From positions 372,001 through 436,000 of the forward strand of contig NEEC01000007.1 of assembly GCA_002189035.1 (NCBI GenBank): a stretch of 64,000 bases of DNA, written 5' to 3'. The notes under the pieces were generated by a model, which searched no databases, was not told the DNA's origin, and worked only from the letters and a program-made list of their open reading frames with translations. The position numbers and the translations under genes were made by a program. This stretch comes from Utricularia gibba. Its lineage: Eukaryota; Plantae; Magnoliophyta. Each line of letters opens with the position of its first letter. Within the stretch, counting starts at the first letter, position 1. This document shows positions 26,548 through 41,127 of this stretch, in pieces.

Positions 26548-29500
26548 TCAGAGGAAGGACCAGTTCATGAACATGAATGCTAGGCAGTGATCTGAGTCAT
26601 CGTCGTTGAGAACCTTCCACGCGACGGCTTGTTCATACGACACCGGCCGGCCCATGCTCGACATGCAGACTCCGGCGGGGAGGTAGCCGAAACCCTGAAC
26701 GGAACAACATTAGTTGCAGATAAAATGGGAGAAGGATGAGAGGGGAGGCTTGAGAATTAGGCATTGCCTGCTGCATGATCTTGGGGAATTCTACATGGAG
26801 GATCTTCCGGCCAGCATCATCCAAAATCTTTTCAAGCATGATGTCTTGGAGAGCAACCAGTGTGGTCTCAAGCATGTCGAGGCCGGCCTGGTTCGCAAAG
26901 GTGAAAACTGCAGATGCCTGGTTTGCAAAACACAGTTGAAATGGATTTGAAACAGAAGAAGAAGTGGGAGAGATGACAGGCAGCAGTATTTGAAAACTAA
27001 CGTTCATCCTCATAGAGCAGCACATTATAGCATCACTGTGCCGCCAAAGCTGTTTCACTACGGCATCTCCGGCCAGGGATTTGCCTCTAAGAAGTTCAGC
27101 ACCCATGTGCATCCTGAACCACAATGAGGAGAGATTAAGACCAAAGGGAAATAAAAGGAAACAAGAGAAAAGGAAAAGCAGCAAAATTCCTGCCTATAGC
27201 TTCTGCAGATCCATTGTGTCAATGTAACAGCCTCCGGTGAACCAGGCAACGTTTTCGGCACGGAGTGGGAGCCAAGGGGAGATGTAGCTATCGCCATAGC
27301 AACTCTTTGCACAGAGCCAACTATATTTCTCACATACTGACGTGCCATCGCAGCCACACTATCCCGATACTGATTCTCGAAAGCAAACTGGAAGGCTATG
27401 GTGAGGACAGACCTGAGATTCTGACTGCTAGCATCAACTTGGCTGGCTGGACGGGCTCCAACTTGCCCAACGTCAAGTGCAGATGCCAAATCGAGAGTTC
27501 GTGTTATTGCTGGTCCATTCTGTGGATGAAGGGCGAATCATGTTGAGAGAAAAGCGGAAAAATGACTTTGTCATGAAAGATTTACGGTTACCGATTTGGG
27601 TTCCAGCGGGATGACACGAAAACCAGACGGCAGCAGAGGAGCTTCATCGCCGAATGATTCATCCATGGGAGCAAAGACGAGCTGGGAGCAGGACCCAGAA
27701 TCCAATTCATCCAGACCGCTGCATAGCTTCAGAAACAAAGCAGTATTTTTGGGAAAAGTTTTACACCGATGACCAGAAAGAAGGATAAGTGCATCGTTAT
27801 GACATCCATACCTGCAGCAAGTACACATCTCTCGACAATGAAATCTCCTCCGGAGAAAATGCATGGCCCCCCAGACGAATCACGTCCAAGCACTACAGAA
27901 ATATGCTCCATGAGCGTAGAGAGGACGAGCAAGACAAAAGAGATAGGAAACATAACAGTGCATCACTGTTTACCTCTTCATGTTCAAGTTGCTGCACAAG
28001 AGGCATAACGACTTGACTGCTCGGAAAAGCTCCAGACTTGGTGCAAGGGATGGCATACGGACTACCCTTAACAGAAGAAGCACAATACACATCTATCCCA
28101 TAGTCAGCCCACTCAGATCGATGCTCACGCAGGAAACGGACAATCAAAGCAGGGGCGACATTCTGCATATTTGGAGATGGACTATCAAGTCGCATCATCT
28201 GGTAGTGGAAATCCAAGTAAAAGTAAAAAAGACAAAAACCTGGAGAAGCATTGATGCCCGCGCACAAAGAACTCCACCAACTGTTGCAGGCATAGAAATA
28301 TTGTGGTAATGGGAGCAAAGAACTCTGTTCAAGGATGAATTGATCGCAATAGTTACATCTTCTACACCATCACTTCCGATCACGGCCCATCCATCATCAA
28401 CAAAGCCATTGATAGCATCATTGAAACCTCTAAAGTCATACTCAAAACACAGAAACCATTAGCAAATGTCAAAAAATCTGATTCTGAAGCAATAACTGCT
28501 CCTACCTGCACAATCTATGACTTAATGCCCTGATAACTGCAGGCTGGCGATTACCATTTCGCTGCATCTCGCCACTAGTCTCAAGAGCTATATGTCTTAA
28601 ATGGCGCAATGCCTGGAAGCACCAAATTATCAGTTCCATTGGGAACAAAGGCAAAACATACATTTAACATTACAGAACCTCCTGCTCACCACCATAGTCA
28701 TTTTCTGTGCAAGGATTTTGGAGGACTCGTAAAGGGGTCTTAAGACTTCAGGGACAGTGGATGCCTGCCCACAGATACAAGTAGAAATATAGAGTCCTCG
28801 TCTACGAGAAACAAAAGCCAAAAAAGATATAAAGTGAAAATTAATATACTCACATCGAAGTCAATGTGATCAACAATATGGATGATGGATCCCCCACCCT
28901 CACATGGTCTTACAAGGAACCCACTTGGCATCATTTCTGCTCTTACAAAGCAACCATTCAGTGGTCCAGTTGGACCACCAGTGGAAGATGTCAACGACCT
29001 CTCACAAACCTATAGAAATAAAAGGTCATTAAATAGAAGTACAATTAGCAGTACACAACTTCCAATCCCTCATTGATTCCTTAAAATTCCAGTGCTTTCA
29101 TTACTCCTTGATGTAAATTGGTGTAATCATAACAAAGAATCGTGCAGTTTCTTATGACTAGGCCTTCTATTTCATCTAGAAAATGAGGGGTTTTTTTATA
29201 CTTAAAGGCTGAATCTTTAATATTATATGGTGCAAAGTTGTGTGAAAGTATATGTCCTAAGCTTGGAGTTCACAGTATAACGAAGAACATTATCAAAAAA
29301 TTGAAGAAACGAGAGCAACAGCTTACCACAAGACTGCCATCATCCAAACTTGTAGTATATCTAAGTAACCAGAAGTCACGAGGAGAAGCCAATGTGGTTG
29401 GTGCATACATCTGAAAGTGAGAGTCAGTAGCAACCAACAGTACAGCTCCAAAGCATAAGTAATTTTGTCTAAAAAACCACACTAACTTGCATGTATACAA

Positions 29501-31084
29501 GCTCGATCGTTCCTCCATTGCCTGTCGGCATTGAACTAGCAACATCATGACAACGGCAATCAACAAACCATGAAATACGATCTTTGAGAACCTCAGCAAC
29601 CTGAATAAGCAATGAAACATAGTTACGCTCATGATATATTAAAAGGTATAACGATGCCTTTGTGATAACACATTATTCTTACCTTCATGGGTTCAAGGCT
29701 CACAAGACCGCAGGCTCTTGCTGCTACCCCTTTGGTGTTGCGGGACACAGCAACAATGCCAATGGAATCCGGACCAGGCTGTGCTCAAGGAAACATAAAA
29801 CTTCAAAATAAGCTCATCCAAAATAGATACAAAATTTAACTGACAGCACCTTCATCCCAATCATTTGCACCCAGTCAACAGCAGTTCCAGTTGCCTTACC
29901 AAGGAACTCTGCCAGCGTCTCCTCAGCAATTGCGAGTAAACTGAGTGTGAAGTGGTAGGCAGTTAGCAACAGAAATTATCGCCTTCTTTTGCATGAATTA
30001 CAGTTGACAATTACCCTGCTGGGCTGTTTGCATCCCTGTGAGGATGCTGAGGTGTTGGGTTCTGCTGCTGTGGTTGATCACTAATGACAACCGATTCACA
30101 GCTTGTATCAATAGTAGTCGTGCTGACCTGAGAGGCATGACAATCCACACAGTTCATTGAGATACCCTTAAAAAAGCAATGATGCTCTACCACTCAAAAC
30201 TTTCACTCACAGTGTGCAGCTGCTGACGCATGTAGCCATTTTCGTATACCAACTGAGAGACCTGCTTCTGGAGTCGGTCATTCTCCTCCATCAACAACTT
30301 ATTCATGGCTGTTAGCTTCCGGTTTACGGACTGAAGACGAGATGCTTCCTTTCTCTGTTTTTCACGACATCTACGAGCAAGAAATGATTATGTTTAGAAT
30401 CAAATAAATTAATTTTGAATTCTGCTTAAGTATGTGACATGGTATATTCATGGAAAATACGGCTAATCTCTACTAAAACAGCCAAGCACTATGAAAAATC
30501 CAGAAGAATCTTCTGAGGAGCATGTGAAATTTGCTATAACCAAGCGGCTAACTTTTCAGAGAGAGATTCCTGATAGAAACCCTCCTGTCGACAAAACTTT
30601 CTAAAGTTTAGATTTCCAAAGGAACAAAAATTTGGATGGATCTAGAAAAAAACTACAATCCAGTTATCCAACCCAGAAAAAAAAGCTGTAGTATAAAAAA
30701 AACCTACTCTACATTAAACAGTCATAGCTCAGAGAAGACGATTTTTTTTTTAATTTGGGTCAATAGATCCATCTTACAGTAAGGAGCTTTCATTTATGGA
30801 TGATTTGAAACATCTCTCTATGAATGAATGATTGATCTTTCGGGAAAGAAGATCCAAGACTTCAGAAATCCATACCTACGGTTCTGAAACCAAACTTTGA
30901 TCTGCTTGGGCTCAATGTTACCAAGAATAGGGCATTCTCTAATGAGCTGCTGTCTCTTCATAGAACTGGGCTTGGGACATTCCGCGTACACTCTTTCCAA
31001 CGCCTCCACCTGCTCAGGCGTATACCTTACATACTTGCTGTCCATAGCTTGATGCTTGCTCTCCCTGTGCATAGAAAGGGCCAT
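26548..31084 (-). CDS. PHB/PHV: Class III HD-ZIP transcription factor (PHABULOSA/PHAVOLUTA-like; homeobox-LZ-START-MEKHLA)
   Basis: KYVRYTPEQVEALERVYAECPKP...KVWFQNRR|CREKQ; START exons WVQMIGMK|PGPDSIG and FVRAEMMPSG; MEKHLA end YEQAVAWKVLNDDDSDHCLAFMFMNWSFL*. All junctions checked were in frame. Confidence 0.95.
29769..29860 (-). promoter_or_regulatory. miR165/166 target site, split by a 71-nt intron (29779-29849)
   Basis: The spliced mRNA reads TTGGGATGAAG|CCTGGTCCGG, complementary to miR166 (UCGGACCAGGCUUCAUUCCCC); this is the canonical position in HD-ZIP III genes. Confidence 0.93.
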
Positions 31085-31255
31085 TCTACGAGCAGAAGAA
31101 CCCCACTACGCCGATTCTTCCATAGAAACGAAGCATCTTCAGTTGAATTGAGGGTGAACTCAGAGCACCGTGGCTCCTCTCATCGAGATGATTGGTACAT
31201 GAACCGGGTTTTCGTTTTCGTTACCTCGTCTCCTCAACCACTTGACGAGACTCGG

Positions 31256-31270
31256 GAGAGAGAGAGAGAG
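31256..31270. repeat. (GA)n/(CT)n tract in HD-ZIP III 5' leader (GAGA/BPC-type element candidate)
   Basis: gagagagagagagag about 170 nt upstream of the ATG, near a 5'UTR intron whose acceptor lies directly before aATG. Confidence 0.55.
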
Positions 31271-32029
31271 GGAAGAGCGTTGGGCAAGCGATTTATGGAT
31301 TGGCAGACAAATGAAAGAGCGGTCCACAGCACTGTGGATTGGTTGGTTATATCTTAAACGCCAATTTCAGAGAAAGCGATAAGTGGAAAGAGAAACAGAT
31401 CGAAATGGGGATCACGACGAAAAAGAAAAGCTATAGTTGTCGACACTCCACCACACCGCACCACCCACACAAGCCTTTTGACACACACAACACAGCTCCT
31501 GAAATCTTGAGAAGCAAACCAAAACCGGGTGGGGGAATGGACAAAAGGGGACTTCGATCTGGTCAAGAAACACAAAAAGCTCCTTTTGGGGCAATGCAAT
31601 TCAAAAAAGCACCTCTGTTAAAAAACCCATCAACAGCGTTGAGGGAACTGGCATTTTGGCGTAATCATTTTGAAGCATTTACAATACCCACACTCATTTG
31701 GCAACAAAGGGAAAGGCTTTCGCTCCCTTACGCACCATTGCTAAACAATGGAAGAAGGGAGGAGGCATTGACGAGCCATCAACCGGTGTAAAGGTGGGAA
31801 GCGAGTAAATAGAAGGCAGAGCGGGTACCTTTTTAGGGAGCAGACTTGGCAGGGCCATTTTCAGACAGCAGCCGCAGGCAATTATTGAGTTGTGCTCCAG
31901 GTCTACTGTAACTGTGCACTCTATTTTTTTTCAAAAAAGATTCACACTTAAAAGAAAAAAGAGGTGTATATTGTATTATACCAAGGCACACAGCAGAATC
32001 AGCAGTGCATGTGGTATCTATCTATGTAT

Positions 32030-35000
32030 CTATGTGAACAAGGTGACGACATCCCTACGGTATCCTCGGACAATCAAAAGCCGGGGAACATTTTCAACGA
32101 GCAGGTCCAGGTATTCCATGTAGAAATAAGCAGGATGGTTAGGTGGGGGAGGAGGAAGACTTACAAGAACTACTGCAGCCATTCTTGAGTGTTTCAGTAT
32201 GGTGGAGTTGAGCTTCAGGGTTGTGTGCAAGAACTTCTCCACTTTCTGCTTGTCCACTCTAACATTCGTCTTACTATCCTTTCCTACTGAACCTGCTCGT
32301 TCTTCTTCTTCTCCCTGACTCTTCATCCCAGCGAGGTAATCCGCAACTCTACTGTGTGCACTCTTGAAGGCTTCCACGGATTCGTCTGGTTGTTCCCATG
32401 ACTTCATTGAGATGATCACTACCTCGGCTTGCATGCGAAGATCGTACAAGAACTTCCTCACATCATTCCTGAGTCCCTCAGCGTCAGCATCTTCTTCTGC
32501 TATGCAGAAGACCTGAATCTTGCAAGTTTCAAAGCTTGCTTTCGTTAGGAGAAGCTGTGAGAGGAGCAGCATGAGGCCGCCATCTCGCACGATCCAGTAA
32601 AGATCAATGGTACCATACTGTGTTTGGTACTCATTAGGCCATTCATCAAGGCCCTTAACAATGACAACAGCCTTGTTTGCAACTATGCAGTCGTTTATGA
32701 TTCCCACGAATGTGGAAGGTATCTCCTTCAAATTCTCCCGACGCCATATTTCTGGATAGCGCATCACGACAATGTTGGGTTTCAGATTACCCAGTCCCAT
32801 GATCTGAACAATGGCACGGAACCCCTCGGACATGTTGGGAGCGATGACTATCTCGGCAACACCTTCACACCTTCTGTACTCAATGTAGGCACTGAGGGCG
32901 CTGCTGGCAACCTTTGCATCCTCAGCACATTCATGATAGTCTCCATCTAAGATTGACACGAATATTGACATTCCCCTTCCCTTCTTTTTCATGCAGTTGG
33001 CGAAGTCTGCAAGTTTGGGGTGGCAAGGAACATTCTCTGGTAACTTCCCCCATGGTCTACAAAATACTAGGGGGATTGGATACCAGTTCTTCGGATGCAC
33101 TTGGTTTGCTGCACTACAAGAATTACGATGAAAAGAATATGACAAACAAAAGAATCCTCAGAGCATGTGATGAAGTAACAGAAGATGGATGTCAAGATCA
33201 TTCAAACCTCCTAAAGATCGTATGCTACGGAGAGCGAGCTGAAAGTATGCACTCTTAAACCCATCTCCCCAGTCTCCATCTTTCCCTTTGAGACACACGT
33301 AGTAGTATATCAGGGTAGCCAATGCAAGAGATACCACAGTGAATGTCCAAGAAATCATGAACATGATCACTGCACAAAGAAAAATGTGGGTAGGAGGTAA
33401 GCTTTGAAGAATGCCTTTGTTCTGCACCAGTTTTTACACACAAGGTATGATTGATGAGCAAAAAAATCTCCTACAGTAAAACGTATAAAAAAAACAAGAA
33501 AAACACATTTGCGAGATGTAGAACTAACATATGCAAAGAAATGCTCCAAGAAGGGAAAGACTCCAATGGTGAAATTCCCATCGAGGGCGCCAGCTCGGTG
33601 CATCCAGAAGATCCAAAAGGAAACAAGACAAGTTTACACCCGCGTAGCACATTAGGAAAAACATTGTCACTGTGGGAGTAATAAGATCCAAATTGCCAAT
33701 AATAACGCATCCAGTGCAGAGGATTGCTGTGAACAAGGTAGCAGCATGAGGCTCACTCCCATCAGCGACTTTGAAGTAATTTAAAACTGGCAATATATCA
33801 TCATTTGCTATAGCAGCAAGAAGCCGAGGGGCACCGGTTAGGCTCTGCAGAGCGGCACCCAAGGTGGAGAGAATAATACCAATATAAATGATAGCAGGGA
33901 AAGGCCACGCAACAGTAGCAGTAAGTAACCTGTGGAGTTGCAGCAGTCAACCTCAAGAATGAAAGGGGTATAAGTTCATGTTATATACTAGCATATCAAA
34001 ATAGGGATGACCAAGAAAATGAGGACTGTTTTAACTATAATCCAGTTTCATGGTAAACACTTAAAACAAATCCACCAGACGCAGTCTACACAGGCTCACA
34101 ATACCTGTCTGTCAAAAGCTTCTGTCGTGTTGCAAGAGATCCGAAAATAACAACGGTAACAAAATATAGACCGGAAGTTGTCAAGGTTGCAGCTAAGGTA
34201 CCGATCGGAATAGAGCGCTGAGTGTCCTTCAATGAGGCTGATCGATTGGAACCTGCCATAATCCCTGTCACGGCAGGGAAAAATAGACCAACCAATGCAC
34301 TGAAAATGACCAAAGAGCCAGCAGTCAGAGTATATATGCAATCTTCAAAAAGTTGTGCTTTCATCTCCTGAATGAGCCTATATGCAAATTGGACATGCTT
34401 GGGAGGTCTTACTTGAAGTCCCAGTATATTTTCCCATAGGGATCTGGAATTCCAGCATCGTTAGTTGTTTGATAATCTGAAGCCCAGTTGTCTCTAAAGG
34501 ATTCCAAACTCAAACCCGTAACGCCAGCTGTGACAAAAACACAGATAACAGTCACAGAGATATACAGTATCACCTCTGAAACGAATAGTTTAATAAGTCT
34601 CAAGCAAATCCAAAAAATGCTGAACCTGTATCAACATTTTTATATAGTAGTTTATACAGAAGTAACATAATCTTGAAAAAACAGAATCTTAACTGAATAT
34701 TGCTGGTATTTTCGAAAGCGGAAACCTTTTTTAGAATGGCTGAAGCAGAAAGAGAAGAAACCATACCGGCTGGGTAGTCATTCCTTGCTGAAAATACCCC
34801 AATAAATATACAGAATAAAGAGATTACTACTGGAACAAGAAAAGCTGGTGCAACGCGATTGATCATTTTCACTCCACCAAATACCACGAAGCATAGAAGG
34901 ATTGTCACAATAATCCCATATACTTGCAAATCATGTAAACTCGGACTGCTGATTGATTCATGACTGGCATCTGTGCCGTTTACATTCACTAAAGACACTG

Positions 35001-36705
35001 CATCTGCAAGACCGGTGTTGTCATGAGGAGAGAAGGATTTAGATCAGAGAAAGTTCACCAAACATAAAAATTCTTTATCTTTGGAGTGACAAAAACTCCA
35101 CTGATATTTTGAAAGAAATCATTTTTTCGTTAGTCTACCTCTAAAGAGTCCAGCCTTCGGTACTGCATCCAAGAAAGTCTCCACAGCACCCAAGACATAA
35201 CTGTATTAAATAAAATAACACTCACTGATTGTCACAACTGCGAAATTATTATCAATTGGAGAAAAGCTCACAGCGCCCCAGCAACCGCATTCCCAAGAAA
35301 AAAGCAGAGTCCAATGCTAACCCCCACCTCAGGGCCGAGGGCACGCCCTATAAGATAATAAGGACCACCTCCCTGGCACAGGATTAGTTCTCAAATAAAC
35401 CTTAACCATGTATAGTGAAAAAAAATCATTGTAAACACCTCCCAGAAGGAGCATAAACATGAGGTAATGACAACTCTACCTTCATTGCACCATTAGTTGC
35501 AATGGCACTCAGTGAGATGGTAGTAAGAAATGTACATAAACCACAGAAGGCAACCAGCATTAGCGACTCTCCAATTCCAGCCATACCCACGATCCTTCAG
35601 TTTCAGAGGGTGCATCAGTAGCAATGAAACACAGCAGGTCGAAGTTTTGCAACTCACCAGGAGAATCTGATGTAGTATATTATCCCCATTATGTTCTGGA
35701 AGCAAGGAAGGAACACACCGGCTATTGTCCCCAGTTTGACTTCAGTCACCTACATGACGCACAAGCTTCCTTCAAAAGAGCCTTTTGAAAGAGTTTAAGC
35801 TCATGGAGTGCATTTTTATTTCACAGAAGACGATCTTTGTATGAAAAGGTTCACGTAACATGCTATGAGACCATGTATTTCATATTCAAAAGAAGTACTG
35901 AAGGGAAATAAGGGACACCCGAAGTGTTGAAGATAGATGGAAAGATGATGTACATGTGGCTTTGGAACCCCAACATTAATAGTTGCATCATCCCCATATC
36001 TAGGGCTGCCTGATGTTGGAAACTGATTAGCGGCCATTCTGTGACATGGACAAGGCTCAGGACAAAGTGCCTTAAAAAATATTAGTGAAACAAGTCAAAC
36101 AAGTTAGTAATTCACGTTTTCATTCATAAATGCAACAAATGAGCTTATTCTTTGTCAAGTTTTACGCTACTTTAACCAAACAAACCAGCTTTTTCCCTCA
36201 GAATCCCCTGCAAAAGGAATAGTTAAATTCTGTTATCCCTACCTTCTAAGACCCAGAATGTTGACCAGCGAATCAAAACCAAATAATTCCAACTTTGATT
36301 CAGAATGAGATCCATTTCCTCGACTGTTAGAACGTCGCCCATTTCCCCCGTCGGTAGCCAAATTTGCCGCCTTACTCTTCCTACGCAAGAAATATTATCA
36401 GACCTGGTCATGGTCATTGTGACATTTCGAAAAATAGTTTTGATCCGAAATCCAGAACTTCAAATTAAAAGAAGATATTATTTTTCCAAAATGTGCATGA
36501 TGATAAACAGTTACTCTTGGCGATCGGCAGAGGGTGCGGAAGAAGAAGTTGGGTTGCCGAGATCAATCGATGACATCTCAAGAACCGCACGATCATTGTC
36601 TTGGGCAAACACAGGCTTGTATTTTCTTCCTCCCAATGCTCTTCCCGGTGAAACCTGACGATCCGACGATTCTTCTAGCTCCACATCGCTGTCACCCGTC
36701 TCCAT
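32030..36705 (-). CDS. CCC1: Cation-chloride cotransporter 1 (SLC12 family)
   Basis: [51 protein letters not shown]|[45 protein letters not shown]...[10 protein letters not shown]; junctions checked in frame. Confidence 0.95.
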
Positions 36706-37415
36706 TGCATTGACTTCAATTCACCAGCTTCTATTTCCGAAGATTTCCACAACGATCACATAACAAAAAGTGGGAAGTTTTTTGAATTGAAACCAAATAT
36801 CAAACGCCAAAGCCTTTTCCCCCATGAATTAAAGAACGACCATCAGGGAAAGAAAAAAATGAAGTTCTGGGTTCGCCATTGGCATCTACAACGGTCATCA
36901 AGGAAGAAGAAGCGTGGGTTTCACGGTTTCGTTTTTGCATGTGTATTCATTCCTGTCCGTAGCCGTTGGCGATTCTCCGCGAGGAATGAAGATGATGGAC
37001 TTCATTTGGGCCGGACAATTAATTGGGCTTATAATTAATACTTCATTAAATTACCCAGCCCAATTACACACAATTCATATTAAAATATTAAATTGATAAA
37101 TCATATTCATATGGTATATAGATTCTATTGTGAAGGCATATTACCATTACACTATACTTTCAATCGGTTTCAAAAATTCCATACCTTGTATTATCCTACA
37201 ACATAACGAACTGATTAATCACATCCTTCATATTTGCAACTTGATCTTGATAGGATGAACAAATTGATTGAAAAGGTGAAAATCTTCTTCTTTTTGCTGC
37301 TGTTGTTGAAGCATGGAGTCTGTGCTACAACTTGCAGACAGTGATCAGGTGAAAAGCAAACACAGAAAAGAAGTGAAGCAGCTAAGCTTTAGAATAAACA
37401 GTTGAGAAATCCTCT

Positions 37416-39721
37416 CTAAGAAGTCAAGTTTCTGGTCTCCTTGCTTCTCCTATCTCTCCCTTTTTCACTTGTCCCGGTACTAACAGACTGCTCCTCCACA
37501 CTGCACATTTGCGACTTCAGCTTCAAACCGAGCTTCCTCGGCACACTCACCCACCTCATCGAATGGGAGCTCGATTTTCCGAGCTTCTCGATCTCCAGCC
37601 TCATGTTGGAGCATTCTTTCTCCAGCTCAGAGACCCTCAATCTCATGTTGTCCATACCAACTTTCAGAACCTCGTTTTCCCTCATGGCTGAAGTCCAGCC
37701 ACCTTCATTGGAGCCCATTACGCCGTTCCTCAGTTGCCGTGATTCATCAAGGTTCTCTGATACCAGGAAGCAACCTGCGATGGAGGTTCGGAGCTGAAGC
37801 TGCTCGAAGAAGAGGACCTGGACTACGACCCTTAGTGGGAGACGCTCATTTTGAGCTGCGTGTGTGCATGCTTCGAGGGAGAGTTTCTGGCAGTCCATTA
37901 GTCTGCAGAGCTGCTCCTTGTCTGATTCTACCAGCCAGGGATGTGACTGTTTTTCAAAGACAAGAGCTAGCTTTAGAACATGCACAGCAAAAGGATAGTT
38001 TTCAAGTGAAAATTTATAAGTTCTGATTCAATTTGCAGATGTACCTTCAAGTATATGTCGATAGCGCGGTAAAGGCCGTCATCAAGGGGGCGTGCATATT
38101 CTGGGACTGCTGCGGCAAGAGACTGAAACTTGGGGAGCTTCAGGTTGACATCAGGTGCAATCTCTGCAAGGTACCCATCAATGAGCTTGGCAACTGCAGT
38201 GATTCCCTCCATCAGTTGGGCATCCTCATCTAAACCAGGAGATCCATCATCCACAATCTGATCCATGGCCAAGAAATGTTCGAGAATTCGCTGCACACAG
38301 TCAACATCGTATAGGACCTCCATGGAATGAGAGAAACTAGGCATCAACAAGTCCTCAAGAGCTGCCTGATCGAGCTGCATTCCGATTCTTTTCTCCAGGC
38401 TGCATATGCACGTCGGTTTAGCTCGAAGAATCTTGGATGTTCGGAGCACACCAAATAGAAATTTTGTTGAAGCAATGCCCTTCTGCATAGGGAGCAAGTC
38501 TTCAATCTCTTCAAGGAGAAGCTTTTGTTCCTCTTCAGAGAGTATTGTTGCCGTTGATGTTCCCATTGTGAAGCGGTTGCTCGACTCGTTGCTACCCTTG
38601 CGACGGATCAAACCAGGCAGGTACCTTTTTGCATAACACATAAGTGAGCCTGCAATTATCTCCTGCTTGACACCTCGAGCTTCCATGGCAGAAATCAGCT
38701 TCTTGTAAGAAGAAAGATTGAGAGATGCTGCATCCTCATACCACCAATCCAGGCTCACATGTTTTGGCCGAGCCCCAGTGCTTATTCCATTCCACAACAC
38801 ACTTCCTCCGGGACTCTGCATCTGGCCAACATGTTCCACAACTGGCCAGCCAAAAAGATTTGGATCTGTACAAGCCTTCGCAGCCAAAGAGTCGATGCAT
38901 CGCTTTGGGATTTGAAGCTCTTCGGCAAAAGAAAGAATATCATCACAGGTCTGAAGTGCTCTCAGAGAATCTTTCCAGCTTCTAAGAACAATCTGATTGA
39001 GGAAGTTTTCAGTTTGAAAAATGAGGTTTCCCTCTCCATATTCTTCAGTCATCTCAAGCTGCTCAGCTGCACAGCGAAGATACACAACATTTGCAGCAGT
39101 GAGTTCAATTTTCACACCGTAGCAGAATTTGGCCACAAGCTCAAACGTTTTCTCTCCGCCAGGAACATCGGTCAGCTTGACACAACAGCCTTCTTCTGCC
39201 TCAGATGCCTCGGCAATGAGCCTTTCCATAACTCTGCTTCTTGAGAGCAATGGGAACTGAAGAACAAATGCGACATGAAATCGAAAAATTTTACAAAACA
39301 TAAGGATCTCTCTCCTTCATACAAATCAAGATCAAGAAAAATGCAATACCTTATGAAGATGGAATGACATTTCACAAACTTCTACGACCACATCGCTAGG
39401 AAGACCCGTTGTGCAGAACCTATACATAGAAGATGAGACCATAGCGTATTAGAAACAACAGTTTAGGCCGCAGAACAAGCAACAACACACCACATGGACG
39501 AACAAGAACCCATTTTTCATTCTCATATTCCTCTGGATATATACATTACAAATATTCAATAGGAGAGCTTCCAAGGATGTTGGTGAATCTCCCAAAAAGA
39601 ACAAGAACATTGGAAAACTCCGCAAAGTCGATAGGAGAAAAAGAAAAGGATGAAAAACAAACCAAGCTTGTCCTTTCCTCCGGAATGCATCAGATTTAGA
39701 TCCCAGCTTCATACAAGCCAT
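37416..39721 (-). CDS. NPH3/RPT2-like BTB/POZ protein (At1g30440-like), 4 exons
   Basis: [20 protein letters not shown]|[23 protein letters not shown]|FPLLSRS (BTB); NPH3 domain [12 protein letters not shown]|SHPWL...[30 protein letters not shown]; coiled-coil tail. Confidence 0.94.
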
Positions 39722-41127
39722 CTCCCCAACAAGCGACAGAACTTGAAACTGAGTGTCTTGTCAGAGGAATTTCCTCAAACAAGTGCAAGACACGGTCGGA
39801 AAGCCAAATTCTCTTGTACGATAAGAATTGCTAAACCAGAACCGTAAGCTCCAGGTCACGAAGAATCAATGGTAAGAGTATTCTTGGCAATGAGCTCAAA
39901 CCCGCATAGGATGCGAACGAGAAATCGGAAAATGGCAGTAGGAACCCGGTAAAAAAACTCCAGCTTTTCTCATTAATTCAGCATTGAATGCACCACATAA
40001 TGCTCAATAAATCCCATTACAATACCATTATCCCGAAAACTACACCAGCCACCAATACAGTTCATCCGCAAGCCAAATCCACACACCAACCTCAAAAAAT
40101 ATATATATACATTAAATTCCCCACGAATCAGGTGATCCCCTCCACAAACAAAAGCAAACCCTCTAAGCCCTGTAAAAGCAGAAGCTAATTAGGATTTAAA
40201 GGGGGGCAATGAATGAACTTAAAACGTGCGTAAGAGGGGGCAGCAATTAATACACTGAAGTTGAAACCCGAATAACAGGGTTTCCCAGTCGGGTTCCTTT
40301 CGGTTCGAGAACCGCGCTCATCTGCTTAAGATGGAGCAGAGACTCCATTCCAAGGGACAAGAAGGAGTGACCATTACGCCAAAGAATCTGTCCTAATCAC
40401 CGGGTTTAATTCCATCGTTTGACTTGGAAAGTCGTTTGTTTTTATTGGTATGAGTTCTTGAGAGCTACAGGTATCTGCCCTCCAGCGCAGACACGTGCCG
40501 GCATTCATACTTGGGAGTATTCCATCCCACCCCAGTAACCGCTTTCCATTCTGCTGCCAAGGGATCCCATCTTGCTACCATAGCAGCAGCCAGCAGCTAC
40601 GTTACAACTGACTAGGGATGCCTTTTTGCTTCTAGAAGGCATTTGGCCCAGCAACACCAGATCAAGGCCCACACTCTTCAAAACAGCACCACAACAAATA
40701 TTTTGCAAACAGTAAATTTTTTTTTTTTACATATTTTAAATATTTATTATAAAATTATTTTTCAAAAAGAGGGGCGCGGGAGCAACCAAAAAAGCCCGGG
40801 TTCCTATGCCCAAAATGCGGTGAGACCAAGAGCCTAACATCTCATGGGAACCATGAGCGAATAGGGAACCCTTTTTAAAAACTAACCATTTTTACATTAT
40901 TATCATATATTACGAAAAAAAATTTATATATTGAATGATTATTTTTTATGCATACTTAAAATAAGATGATTACTTTTCAAATTCCTTCAAAAATAAGGAG
41001 AGGTCGAATCGAAGGAACTAACCTCTTCTTAAGACATGGAAAGAGATTCCTCTGTCTAATTTGTGGAGAATGTCCAGGACTCCAGATCCTCCTCTTGAGA
41101 CGAACCTTGTATCCTGCAGAGCACAAA

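Noticed and set aside
35660-35750. CCC1 TM1 divergence ([18 protein letters not shown] versus the usual GTMMGVFVPCLQNILGII)
   Set aside because: The changes are mostly conservative and the ion-coordinating NI-GII core is retained.
40500-40710. Short ORF MQNICCGAVLK... as a possible retroelement fragment
   Set aside because: No recognisable RT, integrase, gag or RNase H motif.
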